NCBI RefSeq assembly: GCF_009914755.1
Contig: NC_060927.1
Strand: one strand, 5' to 3'
Source: the human T2T-CHM13v2.0 reference genome, Homo sapiens
Length of the DNA: 64,000 nucleotides
The stretch's first letter is position 1, and every line of letters starts with the position of its first letter. Below are positions 42,201 through 58,197 of the stretch, one piece after another. The position numbers were made by a program, and so were the translations under genes. Below the pieces are notes generated by a model. That model was given only the letters and a program-made list of their open reading frames with translations. It searched no databases and had not been told where the DNA came from.

Positions 42201-44323
42201 GGGACTCTCTGACTCCATATTTCCCGTTGTTTGGAAAGATACATTTGCAGGCTTAGCCGTGATTGGCAAACATTTTTATATGGGGCTTGGCATTTTAACA
42301 TCTGGAAAAGTTGTGAAATCAATTAGCTGCAGATAAAGATGGACAGATGGAAATATCTGGTGGTTTTCTGCACATCGGCTATGCAAATAATCAGACCATT
42401 GCTTATTGTGCTACACTTGGACTCTGTTTTACCAGATTTTAGGAAGAGTATTGTTTTTTGTTTTGGAGCATGAGCACTCAGTCAGGACATAGAAATACCA
42501 TCTCCTACTGAAAAGGGGACTGGGTGTAAACGTGGAGTATTTATCAGTGTGGAGTTTTCATACACTTTTCCGACAGGCTTATCAAATCTCTCTGGAAAAT
42601 TTAGGTTTTTGTTTCATTCAAACAATGATGCAGTTGCATTGATTCTATTCTATCATGTATGTATGGTGGAGGAGGGCAAAGAAAGATAAAATTAACAGAC
42701 TGGAGAAGGGGATGAGAACTAGGCGCTTGAAAGGGAATTGTTAAACTTGCTGGATCAAACTTTGCTTTAGCTTAAATGAAAAGAGACATTTTATCAATTT
42801 CCTGTGAGTGGGGACCCAAAAGGATGGCCTGATTGGTTATATTCAAAATAATGAAATTATTTCCCCTCCTACATCTGAGTTACAATATTAAAGCTTTGCA
42901 ACCTGCTTTGTGCTGCATATATATCCTTTAGATTCCTAGATGGGCTTCCACATGTGATTAAAAATGCTCATTCCCCTCCCTTCCCTCATCTCTGCTAATA
43001 TATATTGAAGCCACTGTGCCATTGCTTTCTAGCAGCCAGTGCTACTACGGATAAGTTGCAGGTTATTCTGTTTCCCTGACCTTTGTAAATTTCCTCTCTC
43101 TTTTTCTTTTTTTCTGGAATCTTATAGAATCTTCTATTTTCCTTTATATTCTGAAATTTCACAATATATGCCTAGGTTTATGGATTTTTCATGTGATATA
43201 CTGGCACTGGGAAATTCTCCTGTCATTTATTTGATAATTTATTCCCCTGTGTTCTTGCTTGCTTTCTTTCTGAAATTCCTATTAGATATTGAATTTCTTA
43301 GATATGTTTGTTCTCGTATTTCTCTGTTTCTCAATCTCTTTCTACTTTCTAGAAGATTTTCTTGATTGAAGTTTTCAACTCTTCTAATAACTCAGCTACT
43401 GTTTTTTTTTTGATTTGCAAGAAGTTGTTTTTGTTTTATGATTATTCTTTTTATGGCAATCTAATAAATATTCTTTTCTTATGCATAAAATATTTTCTTG
43501 TATTTCTCTGAGAATCCTGTTTTCCAACATTTTATCATATCAAATTTCAAACACAAAAATGTTAAAGAATTGCATAGTAAATATCAATATACTTATGACC
43601 TATATCCCATAATTACATGCTGCAATTTTTATATATTTATTTAATCACATATCCATCTATTCAATGAATAATCTTTAAAAGATTTCTGTTTCTTGTGCTC
43701 TGGATTGTCTCCATTTTTTTCAAGATTCATTTCTTTTATTGTTTATTTCTTTCTTATCTTCCAGGCTGATCTCATCTGTCTGAGTTCCTAGTTACCCACT
43801 CACATTTAAGAGTAAAATCCTAAAACTCCTGACCATGCCCACCAAGCTTTGAGGAAAAGAAGTGGATCCCTGACTGCTACCATTCAGTGTGTCAGGAAGG
43901 TGGAGGAGAATGGATTGTCTCTTCTCTGTATAGATCTTCAATCCTGTCCTGTGTTCAGTCTCATTCCTCACCAATGCCTTCTGCCTTCCTTGGCACTTTT
44001 GGTCCCAGGGTCTCCAGGATTTGGTGGAGTGAATCAGCTTTCTTCTCATTCATAGCCCCCTGTGTACTCTTCAGGTACGGGTTCTTCCAATCTGCTAAAG
44101 CTACTCCTCCATTTTGTTCTCCTATCTTGCCAAATTTGGTTGAAATATTTTCACAGTTGTCCCCTATCACAATTTTTCTTGTGCATTTATGGTATGTGTG
44201 TATATACTTGCATATGCATATATATGCATATATAATATAGTACTTGCATATGTATTTGCAAGAGTTTTGAGGATGGTGAGGAAAAATATATACTTGGTTT
44301 AAAGACCATTAGAAAGCTGTCTC

Positions 44324-44961
<638 letters not shown>

Positions 44962-45700
44962 TGTCTTCAAGCAATATGTTCATACAGGTTTGTGGATAGT
45001 ATACTCTTTGAATCCTTGTGTGCCAGAAAATGTCTTCTGGGTCTCACCTTGCCAGAGAAAGTGAGGCCTGAGAGCATCATATGGGGGTCTGTCAGTGTTT
45101 TAGCTGGAGGACACAGCTGTATAGAGACATACGTAGAATAAAATAGTTGTCAATCCATCTAAGACACGTGAGTTGCCATTCGAATCCAACTTCTTACCAA
45201 AGTGGCCTCCTGACCCTCAAATTTCAGGAGTTTCCCTAGCACAGGTTCTAAACAGTACCCAATCTGGCAGCGCTGACTTGTAGAACAAGGGATCCAAACA
45301 TTCGAAGACAAAGTACAGAGTAGCCAAGATCACTGAGTGACTGTGGATATGCATAGCCCAGGTCACTTTTCTCTCAGCTCAGCAGTTGAATGGCTGAATA
45401 GAGACTATGTGCCACTAATATATAACTTTCATCTCAGGTTTGAAGGGGCAGCTTTGGATGGTTCCCAGGTAAATGCCAGAAATGTGAAGTCAAGGAAATA
45501 TCCCATGCTACGATTAGCTGGATATATCTACATTTTCTTCAACAGTAAGTGAAAGTAGCTTGAAAGATCCTCTAAAGGGGTGATGATGTGTAGGGTGGGA
45601 TATAAGAAGGAAGCCAGGTGGGATATAAGAAGGAAACATCATCATGGAACCCCCATTGCACATAGAGAATGAAAGGTAGGGAAACAAAATGCATAGGCTT

Positions 45701-46000
45701 AACTAACACAGGAACAGAAAACCAAACACCCCATGTTGTCACTTATAAGTGGGAGCTGAACAACGAGAGTGCATGGTCACAGGGAGGGGAACAACTCACA
45801 CTAGGGCCTGTCAGTGGGGCAAGGGGAGGGAGAACATCAGGATAAATAGCTAATGCATTCAGGGCTTAATACCTAGGTGATAGGTTGATAGGTGCAGCAA
45901 ACCACCATGGGACATGTTTACTTATGTAACAAACCTGCACGTCCTGCACATGTATCCTGAAACTTCATATTAAATTAAATTTAAAAAAAAGAAAAGAAAA
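45701..46000 (+). mobile_element. L1PA 3' end (5'-truncated) with TSD
   Basis: caggaacagaaaaccaaacac..cacttataagtgggagctgaac..gcagcaaaccaccatgg + A tail; TSD aaaatgcat(a)ggctt. Confidence 0.9.
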
Positions 46001-46471
46001 TGCATGGCTTGCCATTTGTATTTATTCTGAACTGGATGCCTTTCCTAGGAAAAATGTCTAAAATTGCTAGAGGGTTGGTGGGGGAGAAGAGAAGCAATGA
46101 TCATCTTTGTATGTGTTGACCAAGTCAGCTCAGCAGAGGTAAACACTGAATTACAGAAGGGCTTGTAACATAGGAAGCTACTCTAACGTCATGCTTACTC
46201 CGAAGTGAAAAATGCCAGAAACTGAGGGATGATGTTTCCTCCAGGTCAGAAGATACAGCTGATTTGATGAGAAAGTACTTAAAAACAAGTTATCCAGATT
46301 AAACCTAGTAACAGATAATTGCTCCCCCAAATCCATTCCTACTGTGTTCTTGAGTCAAACAGTTGCCAGGATAAACTGTACATACACATAAAAGAGTAAC
46401 ATGCAGAAAGAAACATCCATAGGATCTATACATTGATAATATAAGGAAAGAGACAGAGGTGGGCAGTGGGG

Positions 46472-46473
<2 letters not shown>

Positions 46474-46539
<66 letters not shown>
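46474..46539. repeat. (GA)n/(GACA)n compound microsatellite
   Basis: Directly visible. Confidence 0.95.
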
Positions 46540-46543
<4 letters not shown>

Positions 46544-46609
46544 TATTAAAAAAATCACTCCAGGAAACAAAAGAAAATTTCAGACACATACTAAACAACA
46601 CTAATACTG

Positions 46610-46820
46610 AAGCTCCCTCACTTTGAACCCTTGCTCTACCACTCCCTGGCTTGTGGGATCTTTGGCAAATTACTTGAATTTTCAGTGTCTCCACATTTTT
46701 AACAAGAAATGACAATAGTGCCTTCGTCATAGGTTTGTGAGAGGATTGGTAAGATAATATATGTAAAACATTTGTAAAGCTTTTGGCACATAATAGTACA
46801 CTCTCTGTGTTAGCTATTAT
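46610..46820 (+). mobile_element. MIR SINE (copy A of a duplicated pair)
   Basis: MIR core and 3' end; shares non-consensus bases with 48390-48610. Confidence 0.7.
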
Positions 46821-46849
46821 TCAGGAGCACACAGCTGACATTCTCATAT

Positions 46850-47930
46850 CAAAGAAGATGGATATTATGTAGAAAAAAGAGATCAAACAAGTGATAAGGA
46901 GACAAAAAAGAAGATCAAGATGGATCTGGAGAACTCTCTAAAGAAATGAGAACTAATCAATTCATTGCAGAAATCAGTATTTATTAATAGAAGCTCAAGT
47001 AGAAATGACAGCTGAAAACAGAGCCAGGGGCATAAGAAAGACTTCTGAAAAAAAATTACACCAGAGCAAAAGCTATAGTCTCATTCTGATAGACATGAAG
47101 TTCAACAACTAAAGTGAATAAAATCACTCAATAAGCCAGAAACATAACTAAATTTGCTCTATTAATGAACAATATCTTACTGGAAATGTATCCAAGCATA
47201 TGTATTGGAATAACTGTATGGTATTCCTATTAAAATCAGAAGAAGGGGTACTGTTATTTATCCCTGCTCTGGTAATGCTAATGATTGAAAAATTAGACAA
47301 GTTAGCAAAATGAGAATAGATTTTTGTGGACAAAAAAGAGACAAGTGTATGTGTGAATAATTGGTTTGCCTACCTAGAAATCTAAAAGAATCAAATGGAA
47401 AAGGGTAGAACTAATTATACAGTTCTGTGAGTTAGGCAGAGACAGTAGATGATTGCTAATACAGGAATCAAAACTTGGGCATGCCAACAAAATATCTCAT
47501 TTTAAAGTTATACTCCCAGTGACAGTTAACAAATTAATTCATCCTTTTGGAGGATAGTCTATCACTTGTCCTAGAATTTGTCCTGGAGAAATTCAGCACA
47601 TGTAAAAACATTTATGGGCATATGAATAGTAACTGTTGTATTATCTGTAATGGTACATAGAAATATGTGTTTTAAATAGAAAGATTATTTTAAATGGTAT
47701 ATAGAAAGATGTGTTTAAAATACAAATAACTGTTGTATTATTTGTAATAGTACATAGAAAGATGTGTTTAAATAGTACATAGAAAGATGTGTTTTAAACA
47801 TGTATTTTTGATATTAAGAAAAAATATTCATTGTATAAGTGTATCCCATTTTTATAGAAATGCTGTGTTCACATGTGTATCTTAAGTCTATCTGTGTACC
47901 TACACTAAATTCTCAATAGTGTTTACTTGC
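46850..47930 (+). mobile_element. Highly diverged L1M fragments with an internal imperfect tandem repeat (47628-47800)
   Basis: A-rich L1-like motifs (tacctagaaatctaaaagaatca; ccttttggagga); repeated tacatagaaagatgtgttt. Confidence 0.5.
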
Positions 47931-48004
47931 AGAGCCTAGGCTAGACAAGTGCTGTTATTGCTTCATTTCTTCATTTTATACGGCTTTGTTTGTTTCTGAG
48001 TGGG

Positions 48005-48325
<321 letters not shown>

Positions 48326-48389
48326 TCATTTTTGTTTGTTTTAAGCTAAGATACTATATGACTTATTACATAAATTAAATGAAGCTAAC

Positions 48390-48610
48390 ACCCAAAGTCC
48401 CTGAATTTGAACCTCAGCTCTCCTACTCACTGGCTTGTGTGATCTTTGGCAAATTACTTGAGTTTCCAGTGTTTTGGTTTCCACAGTTTTAACATGGGGC
48501 TAATAATAGTAGCTGCCACATACTGCTGTTAGATAATTAATAAGATAATACATGTAAAACATTTAAAAAGTTTCTGGCACGTAGCAAGTACTCTGTAAGT
48601 GTTAGCTATA
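48390..48610 (+). mobile_element. MIR SINE (copy B of a duplicated pair)
   Basis: MIR core and 3' end. Confidence 0.7.
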
Positions 48611-48855
48611 GTTTAGAAGTGCATGTTGAATAGTTGCGAATTATTTGCCCTAGATTACTTTATTATTGCTAGTTAATTTTTAGGAATATCATGTTAAATA
48701 AACTTTGATATATTTTTATAAGTGGTTACCAACTTATGTTTTATAAAATTATACTTCTCTACTACTCAAGTGAATAAATTTATTTCCATATCAATTTTAT
48801 CATCTTTCCTTTCCTTCAAATTTAATGAAGAAAATGTGGTGTACTGACATACTAA

Positions 48856-49164
<309 letters not shown>

Positions 49165-49343
49165 TAAAAAATAAATATAGAACTTTTATCTCACTTTTAG
49201 CTTTTTATCCATTTTATCCCCTCCCACCCCCACCCCTTCAAATTTCATTGCTTTTTAATTTTATACAGTCTGTCACTGCCAGAAGGCTGCAGAACCTTCA
49301 ACAAGTTCTTTCAGGAGACCACAGTAAGAAAAGAGTACATTTA

Positions 49344-49715
<372 letters not shown>

Positions 49716-51893
49716 ACTTACTTTGAACTTCTTATGCATACATCTAAGTAGAGAAAGTAACGTATTTTGTGGTTATATTTTTATCACCATGTTAGATGGT
49801 AGCTTAAAACAAAAACAGAAACAAAACAGTTTCTCCACTATCTCCAGGATGGTGTGAACCTGAAATTGTATAGATTGAATTTGGGTCCTTCTAGCAGGCA
49901 CTTTCTATCTAGGTTAGAAAAAAATGCTGTGTTTTCATCACATTACAGGGTAAGAATTCTGAGAAAATGCAAGTTAGTGTGCATGAATACTCTAATAGCT
50001 CTTTTCAAGTTAGATCTTAGTATCACTTTAAATCTTTTGTTTGAGTAACTATATTGTGGAATCTCAAGAGCATTTGAGATGCTTGTTTTAATTAGGAAAT
50101 AAAACTTTGTCAACAACTCTGTGATAGGTATCCCTTCTTGGTTATTTTAGTTCATCTAGGTTATCATTCTCCTCTTTCAGGGCCTAAACATATTGAAATT
50201 CTACAATTAGCTTTTTGGTAGAATTGGATATAACTCTAGTGATTATAATTCATAACTAATTTGGTAGCAGATGGAAAGCTCATTGGCAAATGAATGTCTC
50301 GTATTTGCAGAATGTACTATATATCCTGAAGAGGTTTTTAAAACAATCTTTAATTTTTTTCTAACTTAGAAGTATATATATGTAATCTAGGTTCTTTCTG
50401 TGCCAGGAGGTCAGGCTAAAATGAAGCCATTCTAGCTGCATGAATAGAACAGGGAATTTTATTAAATATCTCTATTTCAGAAATACTTAGTGCAGAATCA
50501 AACTTACTCTAATTGGAATTGTTTAGAGTTAGAAAATGTTAAAAAATTGAGTAAAATATGTGAAGAATTCTGGTTAATGGCTTCTCACTTTTTCCCGCTG
50601 TGAACTTTGTTTCAGAGATGCCTTTCAAACCTTTTTGTTGCAATTATATAGCAGTTGCCCAATATTCATTTAAAATTGGATGATAAAGTTTCTACTACTT
50701 TTTCTATATCTTACTAGATTTTACATTAGTGACAAAGGCATGATTTTGAAATTGTATTTTGGTCTTTGATCAGCAAATCATGGCTCTTTGTATAGTCTTT
50801 GAGAGAGGTGCTCAAAGTCTTCAGGTAAATTAATATCTAATTAGGAGAAAGAGGGTTGCCCTCTCCTGCTGAAGGTCTCTGGGGAAGGCCAGTGCATAGT
50901 CATGCCCTAGCAGTCCATTCCTAAGCCTCGTCACCTGGAACCCAAGTCCCCTCTATGTGCGTGACATTCTGGTCTCCTTGACAAAAAGACTGCTTCCTCT
51001 CATTGATGACTTTGTGGACATGGAGAATATCTAATAAGCATATCTTTTCTATGACCCCTTCACATAATTGAAAAGGATAACTATGCCATTTCTTTGTTCT
51101 TTTCCTATATTTGACACCTTTGAATAATTTCCCACTCGTGCTGGATCGTCTCCAAATTGATTGAAAAGTGTGCTAATCTTAAACTGAGTGTTTAACAGGG
51201 TAAGAATTCTGAGAAATTCTTAGACCACATGCCAAATATCATAGACCACAGAAGGAGAGCTCATCAGTATTTTTATGTCTTTTAATAAAGCCTGGTATCA
51301 TTTTGGTCTTTCCTGTTTATGAGACGACTGTATGAATTTCTATTCACTTATATATTTTTTCTTCTCTAGCTAACTTTTAGCACTTCTACTTCCTTTAATT
51401 TTTCCCTAAAAGCAAGTGTATTCTACACTTGTTCCTATTGCATTTCATTTTATTTTTATAGGCAATCTTTTCTTTTCATAGTTTCTAGTGCCTTTGCCCA
51501 CCAAGTTCCACACAACACTCTAAGTTCCAGCCACAAGAAATGACTCACATTCCTGCAAACCTGTTATGCTTTTTCATGCCTGAATACCTAAGCATCCTCC
51601 TTCCTCTTCTCTACCTGGGTACTTGTGCTTGTCATTTAAGGCAAACTTCAAAGGTCACTGTATTTAGGAAGCCTTCCCCATATTCTCCCCCGTCTAAGCA
51701 CCATCCCTTTGTGCTCCCATAGTACACCGTATGGATCCTCTATCTTACCCCTTGTTAGTTTATGAGTCCATTTCTGTGACATCTAAGGACAGTGATAAAG
51801 ACCACTTTGTGGGTAGTGACTATGACCTACTCCTATCTCTGCTTACAACTTCTAGCACCTCGTCACATAGTTGGGTGTCAAAAATGTTTGTGA

Positions 51894-52190
51894 GGCTGGG
51901 CACAGTGGCTCATGCCTGTAATCTTAGTGTTTTGGGAGGCTGAAGAGGGAGGATCATTTGAGGCCAGGAGTTTGAGACCAGCCTGGGCAACATCGTGAGA
52001 CCCTCTCTTAAAAAAGTTTTTTTTTAATAAGTATCCAGGTATGATGGCATGCACCTGTAATCCTAGCTTTTCTAGAGGCTGAGGCAGGATGATCAGTTAA
52101 GCCCAGGAGTTTAAGGCTGCAGTGAGCTATGATCACACCACTGCACTCCAGCTTGCGTGACAGAGTGAGACCCTAGCTGTAAAAAACAAT
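51894..52190 (+). mobile_element. Alu (J-like)
   Basis: Full-length diverged Alu. Confidence 0.92.
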
Positions 52191-52341
52191 GACAATATTT
52201 GTGGAAAGAAATTAAGAAAATTTTAAAATGTATTACTGTTATTCAGAGCATTGTTAATTCACATTAGTCTGATGTCATTTACAAACTACACATCCTGATT
52301 TGCTTCATTCAGTTCATGCCTGAAACATGTAAGAATGAATA

Positions 52342-52982
<641 letters not shown>

Positions 52983-53100
52983 CTAACATTTACTGAACAC
53001 CATGTGCCAGATGCTATTTTAAGACCTTAAAGCATGAATTCATCTAAGTTTTACAACAACCCTATGGGGTAGGTAGTATTATTATTATCATTACAGATAA

Positions 53101-53510
<410 letters not shown>

Positions 53511-54273
53511 TCCCTTCCTTTTTTTATACTGTCCTCTTTGGAAGCAAGTCACTAAGTGCAGCTCACTCTTAGGGAGAGGGGAGTTTTGCTTTCCCTGTAT
53601 TCTCTTTTACATCGCCTGCCTTGAATTTTCTCACAGACCATGACCTTGGTTGATTTTCTCCTTATCATTTAGATATTCTAAATATAGGTCTAACCAAATG
53701 CCCTTAGTCTATCTCCTTTCCCCACTCAGTAGACCATCTCATCCATGCCAGTGGCTTCTCTGTCTTCTCCTCCATGCTAGAGTCTCTCAAAGGCATAACC
53801 TTGACTGAGGCTTTCTTCTGAGGCCCAAGAGAAATTATCTCTGCCCAGAGGCCTGCAAGCATGTGACAGTTCTACCTTCTGAGAACTGAACGTTTCCTTT
53901 TCTTCCCTTCTCCATTTCTATTAATAGCTTCTTTAATTGCTAAGTTGTTTAGTCATGAAACTTCAGAGTGGTATCAAGTCTTTCTTGCTTGCACCTAATT
54001 CAGTGCTTATCATGTCCCTGAAATCCTCCTTAGGAAATATCTCACTGATCTCTTCCTTTTTATCCCCATGGTTAACCCCAGAGTCAGGGCCTCAATGTCT
54101 CTTATCTAGGTAGTTTCAGCTGGTAACTTACCACATGCCTCTTTTCTCACAGTATATTCTATGCCCATGGTCAGATGATTATACAGTAGAGCTGAAATTA
54201 TAGTATTCTGATTTTAAAATCTTCAGTGGCTCCTTAGTAGTGAATCTAATACAGTCCCCTATATATATTCTCC

Positions 54274-54464
54274 AGGCAAGTGCTGTGTCTCAGTTACTTC
54301 TTGTTATCAATGCTAGCATTTGCATAGCATTTGCATAGAGTAAATCATTTTGACAGGTTACCTTGCTTTACATTATATTGAATATCCTTTAAAATGAGAA
54401 ATAGTGCCTAGATAATTACTGTGAACAATGCCCTTGGTCCTACACAACACTATCAATAATGGAC
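54274..54464 (+). repeat. ~190-bp direct repeat, copy 1 (partner 55165-55354)
   Basis: aggcaagtgctgtgtctcagttacttcttgttatcaa...agtgcctagataattactgtgaaca...aatggac occurs twice. Confidence 0.92.
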
Positions 54465-54744
54465 CCCTTTTCTTTCCCTTCCTCTCCCCTTCCCTTCTTT
54501 TCCTCCTCTCTGTCTTCCTTCCTCCCTTGTCTTGCCTCGCACATGCTCTACTACCACCACCGTTACCAAAGGAGGTACAAGCATTTTACTGAACACTAGT
54601 GGGTAGAGACAAAAAGTGTTGAAATATGGCTCCTTTCAGCCAAGGTGGAAACATGTTCTTCACTGTGATATGTAAGTCACCAACCATTCTAGCCCTTACC
54701 TCCAAATACTTCCATACTCTGCTTATTGTTATCAAAATATGTCT

Positions 54745-54944
54745 TACATACACAAAGATGGGAACAATCAACAATGGGGCCTACTTGAGGGGGGAGGTGG
54801 GAGGGAGGGCATGGGTCAGAAGGCTACCTATCAGTTACTATGCTCATTATCTTAGTGACAAGATCATTCAAACACCAAGCAATTTACCCATATAACAAAC
54901 CGGCACATGTACCCCCTGAACCTAATGCAAAAGTAGGAAAAAAA
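54745..54944 (+). mobile_element. L1 (PA/PB-like) 3' end
   Basis: cacaaagatgggaacaa..ggcctacttgagggg..tactatgctcatta..cacatgtaccccctgaaccta; flanked by aaaa(t)atgtct. Confidence 0.85.
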
Positions 54945-55164
54945 TGTCTATGTAAATTCTGTTTTTAAGCAAATTAATTTATCTTGAATGCCCTGCTTTT
55001 GGAGACAACCCCATTACACACCCACCCACCCCCACACACAGATATCTCTCTTGTCTTTGAAGACATATAGCATTCTGTTTATATTAATGCATGGGGCTTT
55101 CTTTACAAAAGTATAGTCCTTTGTGTACATGTCTTTTGTCCTTTGCCAGACTGGTGGTTTCTCG

Positions 55165-55354
55165 AGGCAAGTGCTGTGTCTCAGTTACTTCTTGTTATCA
55201 ACTCTAGTGTTTGCATAGAATGGACACTCAGTAAATCATTTTGACAAGTTACCTTGCTTTATGTTGTATTGAAAATCCTTGAAATGAGAAACAGTGCCTA
55301 GATAATTACTGTGAACATTGCCCTGGGTCCTATATAACACTATCAACAATGGAC
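55165..55354 (+). repeat. ~190-bp direct repeat, copy 2
   Basis: Matches 54274-54464. Confidence 0.92.
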
Positions 55355-56459
55355 TGTATTTTATATCCAACTGAGTACACATCAAATAATTATCTGGCTG
55401 ACATATAAGTATTGTCAGAAATTATTTTCTTTTATCATTAAAAAAAGTTAAGTGATAAGAACCAAAGAGAAACACATAGTCTAGGGTGTCTGTATGCTTT
55501 AGTAGTTTTTATTTAACAGATCTTTAAGTCCCTTTGTTAGCCAAGATATTTTAAGCACTTTCTAATATTTAATTGTGTAACATAACCATGGTTTTAGATT
55601 TAGCATCTAGGCAATTTTTCTCTTTTGTGTACTTTACAGAATTCATTTCAGATATAATTTTCAGTGTTGAATAATAACATTTTAAATCAACCCCAAGATA
55701 AAAGTTACAGTACAACATAAAAAATGAAGCCAGTTTTTCTGTGTTTCCCATTGGCGAATTACTGTTTTTTCTGCCACCAGACTTCATCTAATGATGTGAC
55801 CTTTACCATGCTAATAGACAGCAAACAAAAATCTGCCAAATTGTGATAAAATACAGGTTTTAAATCTAAAATAAATTAAGCTAAAAAGACTTGTAAAGGT
55901 CAAATGCATGGAAAGAATTAAGTTGAAACAGTGATTTGTGTTAAACACACGTTGTACCAGTTTTTTCCCAAGGTTATTTTTGAACTCTTAATGTTTAATA
56001 ACTGTACAAGGAAATGCAATTTTTTAAAAAAGTAACACTATAGTAGTGTTGACTTATCTTTGTGGGGCTCAAATGTTAGTTTATTCAGCAACTCTTTATT
56101 GTGCTCCTAATATGTGCCAGGCAATGCAATACAGCAGTGAAGACCTCAGTAATGATCTTGATCTCTTGCCACTTATGGTTTAATAGGAGGTACAGATAAA
56201 CCTTCAACTAAATCATACAACAGAGCTAGGCTGTGAAAGAGGAAATGCAGGTGGAAGCTGTACCTATCTAACCCAGGCTGCTAAGCTGAGTCCTGAAGAT
56301 AAGACGGAGGAGTTTGCTAGGCATAACAGAGTGGGAAGTGTGGTGCATACATAAAAGGTACAGAGGTACAAAGGTACAGAGGAGAAAGAAATGTGCATTC
56401 CGAAATGGAAGGAAGTTCATCATGGTGGAGATGAGTTGAGAGAATGAAGGACTATAAAT

Positions 56460-56670
56460 GAGTGGTTCTTAATCAAGGCAGACTTTGGCCCCAGGGAACA
56501 TTTGTCAATTTCTGGCAACACTTTTGGTGTCACAAGTGGCAGAGGGGGCTGCTATTAGCTTGTAGTGGGTAGAGGTCAGGGAAGCTGCTAAACATCCGCC
56601 AGTGCACAGGACAGCCTCCACAACAAAGACCAGCTCTCAAGGTCAGTAATGCTTAAGCTAAGAAACTCTG
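56460..56670 (+). mobile_element. MER20 inserted in L2-like sequence
   Basis: agtggttct..ccccagggaacattt..gtagtgggtagaggtcaggga.gctgctaaacatcc..tgcacaggacagcc.ccacaacaaaga. Confidence 0.85.
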
Positions 56671-57892
56671 TAATATTAAAAGATAAACCTGTACACTTGG
56701 GGTTAGATTACAAAGCTACTGAAGGAATTTGGGATTTATTCTAGGAATTTGGGGGCACCACTGAAAGATTTTAAGCACATGTTGTTTGTCACTCTGAGAA
56801 CCACTTTATTGTTATGGCTGAACCTCAGTATTTTAAAATCTATACTAAGTCTCACTCATGTGGGCTAACCATTGTGCCTACTACAAATGACATCTCCCTA
56901 TTTTACAAAGGTGGAAAGAGCATCATTGTGAAATGTTCGCTAAAAGTTTAAAAAAGAAGATGAATTAATTATTTGATCCTCACCAGTCACAACATAATTA
57001 TTTCAAAAACGTGTATTTATTTAATTGGGCTCCTTCCTGTCACACAGGGTTGAGCGTGGGGGGTCTACTCTCATGAATCTAAAGCACTTCTGGAGATTAA
57101 TGGAAAATACACTGGGCCAAGGCAAGGTTACAACCTGAAATAAATAACTAAGCTTGTACATTCAGAGCAAAGGGTTTCCTAATTTAAAAAAAAACTTAGT
57201 TCCAGACTCTTTTGAACATCTGATGACACTATGGCCTCTTTTTATTTTTATTTTTATTTTTATTTTTTTTACAGAAATATGCACTTATACTCCCAAGTAT
57301 TTAACTTCAGAGGCTCACAGACCCTAGAGAGATACAGTGGCTTCTCACTTGATACTGATGTTCCTAGAAATATCTAATGGCCAGATTTATAACAATAGAC
57401 ATTTGCCAAAAAAAAAAAAGTATAGCATAATTTAGAATCAATCAGAGAAAGCTTAGCATTTCTTAATCAAGGAGCAACTCTTTCCAAAAATGCTCATCAA
57501 GATACCATTTACGTCAACTTGTAAAATATAAATAATGTTGCATCACAGCAAAAAAAGTCTAGGGAAATGAGCAATTTTTTTATGACCCATAATGAAGACA
57601 ATGTGTTGCTCTGGTTACAATAACCTCTGTGAGAAACAATTCTGTAAACCATGTGCTTTCTGCTGATTCCTTTCCATCTAATCATTACTTTCTCTAAAAA
57701 TAGTGATTGATTATAGGCTCCGTGTCTTGCAAATTGGAAGAAAGGGTGAACTGATACGTGCTTGAGTTCATCACAGTTTTTTTGTTCTACAATCAAGTAC
57801 CAGACTTTGGATTCCCTTTACCTTCTTTGACTGCAGATGTCCCAATGGTCTTAGTCATGACGAAACTGCCCCCAAACACCCGCATCTTATAC

Positions 57893-57946
57893 AGACACAC
57901 ATGCACACACACATACACACACATATGTGTGCACACACACACACAC
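57893..57946. repeat. Imperfect (CA)n / purine-pyrimidine tract
   Basis: Directly visible. Confidence 0.85.
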
Positions 57947-58197
57947 CCTCTTCAGTTCTTTGAAGGGCTTAATGCATGCTTATATAAAGGTTTCTATCTA
58001 TTTTGATGCCATCACCATTAACTCAATTCTACTTCTTGATTTGCCAGTGTGCCCTATCATTTTTCTCACTTGCTAGTTCTGTTCAGAGAATCTGTGTCAG
58101 CTTTACCTCCAATTCTCACTGTGATTTCTAGTAATCTGAACCACTTGAACCTGATTCCATTATATTGGGATTTTGTGTACTATAAATATTAGTCATA

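Noticed and set aside
45595-45636. Short tandem duplication of ggtgggatataagaaggaa
   Set aside because: Simple two-copy slippage with no further structure.
47628-47800. Repeat-spacer-like pattern resembling a CRISPR array
   Set aside because: Human DNA, degenerate units of variable length, no unique spacers and no cas genes; no CRISPR array is present in the window.
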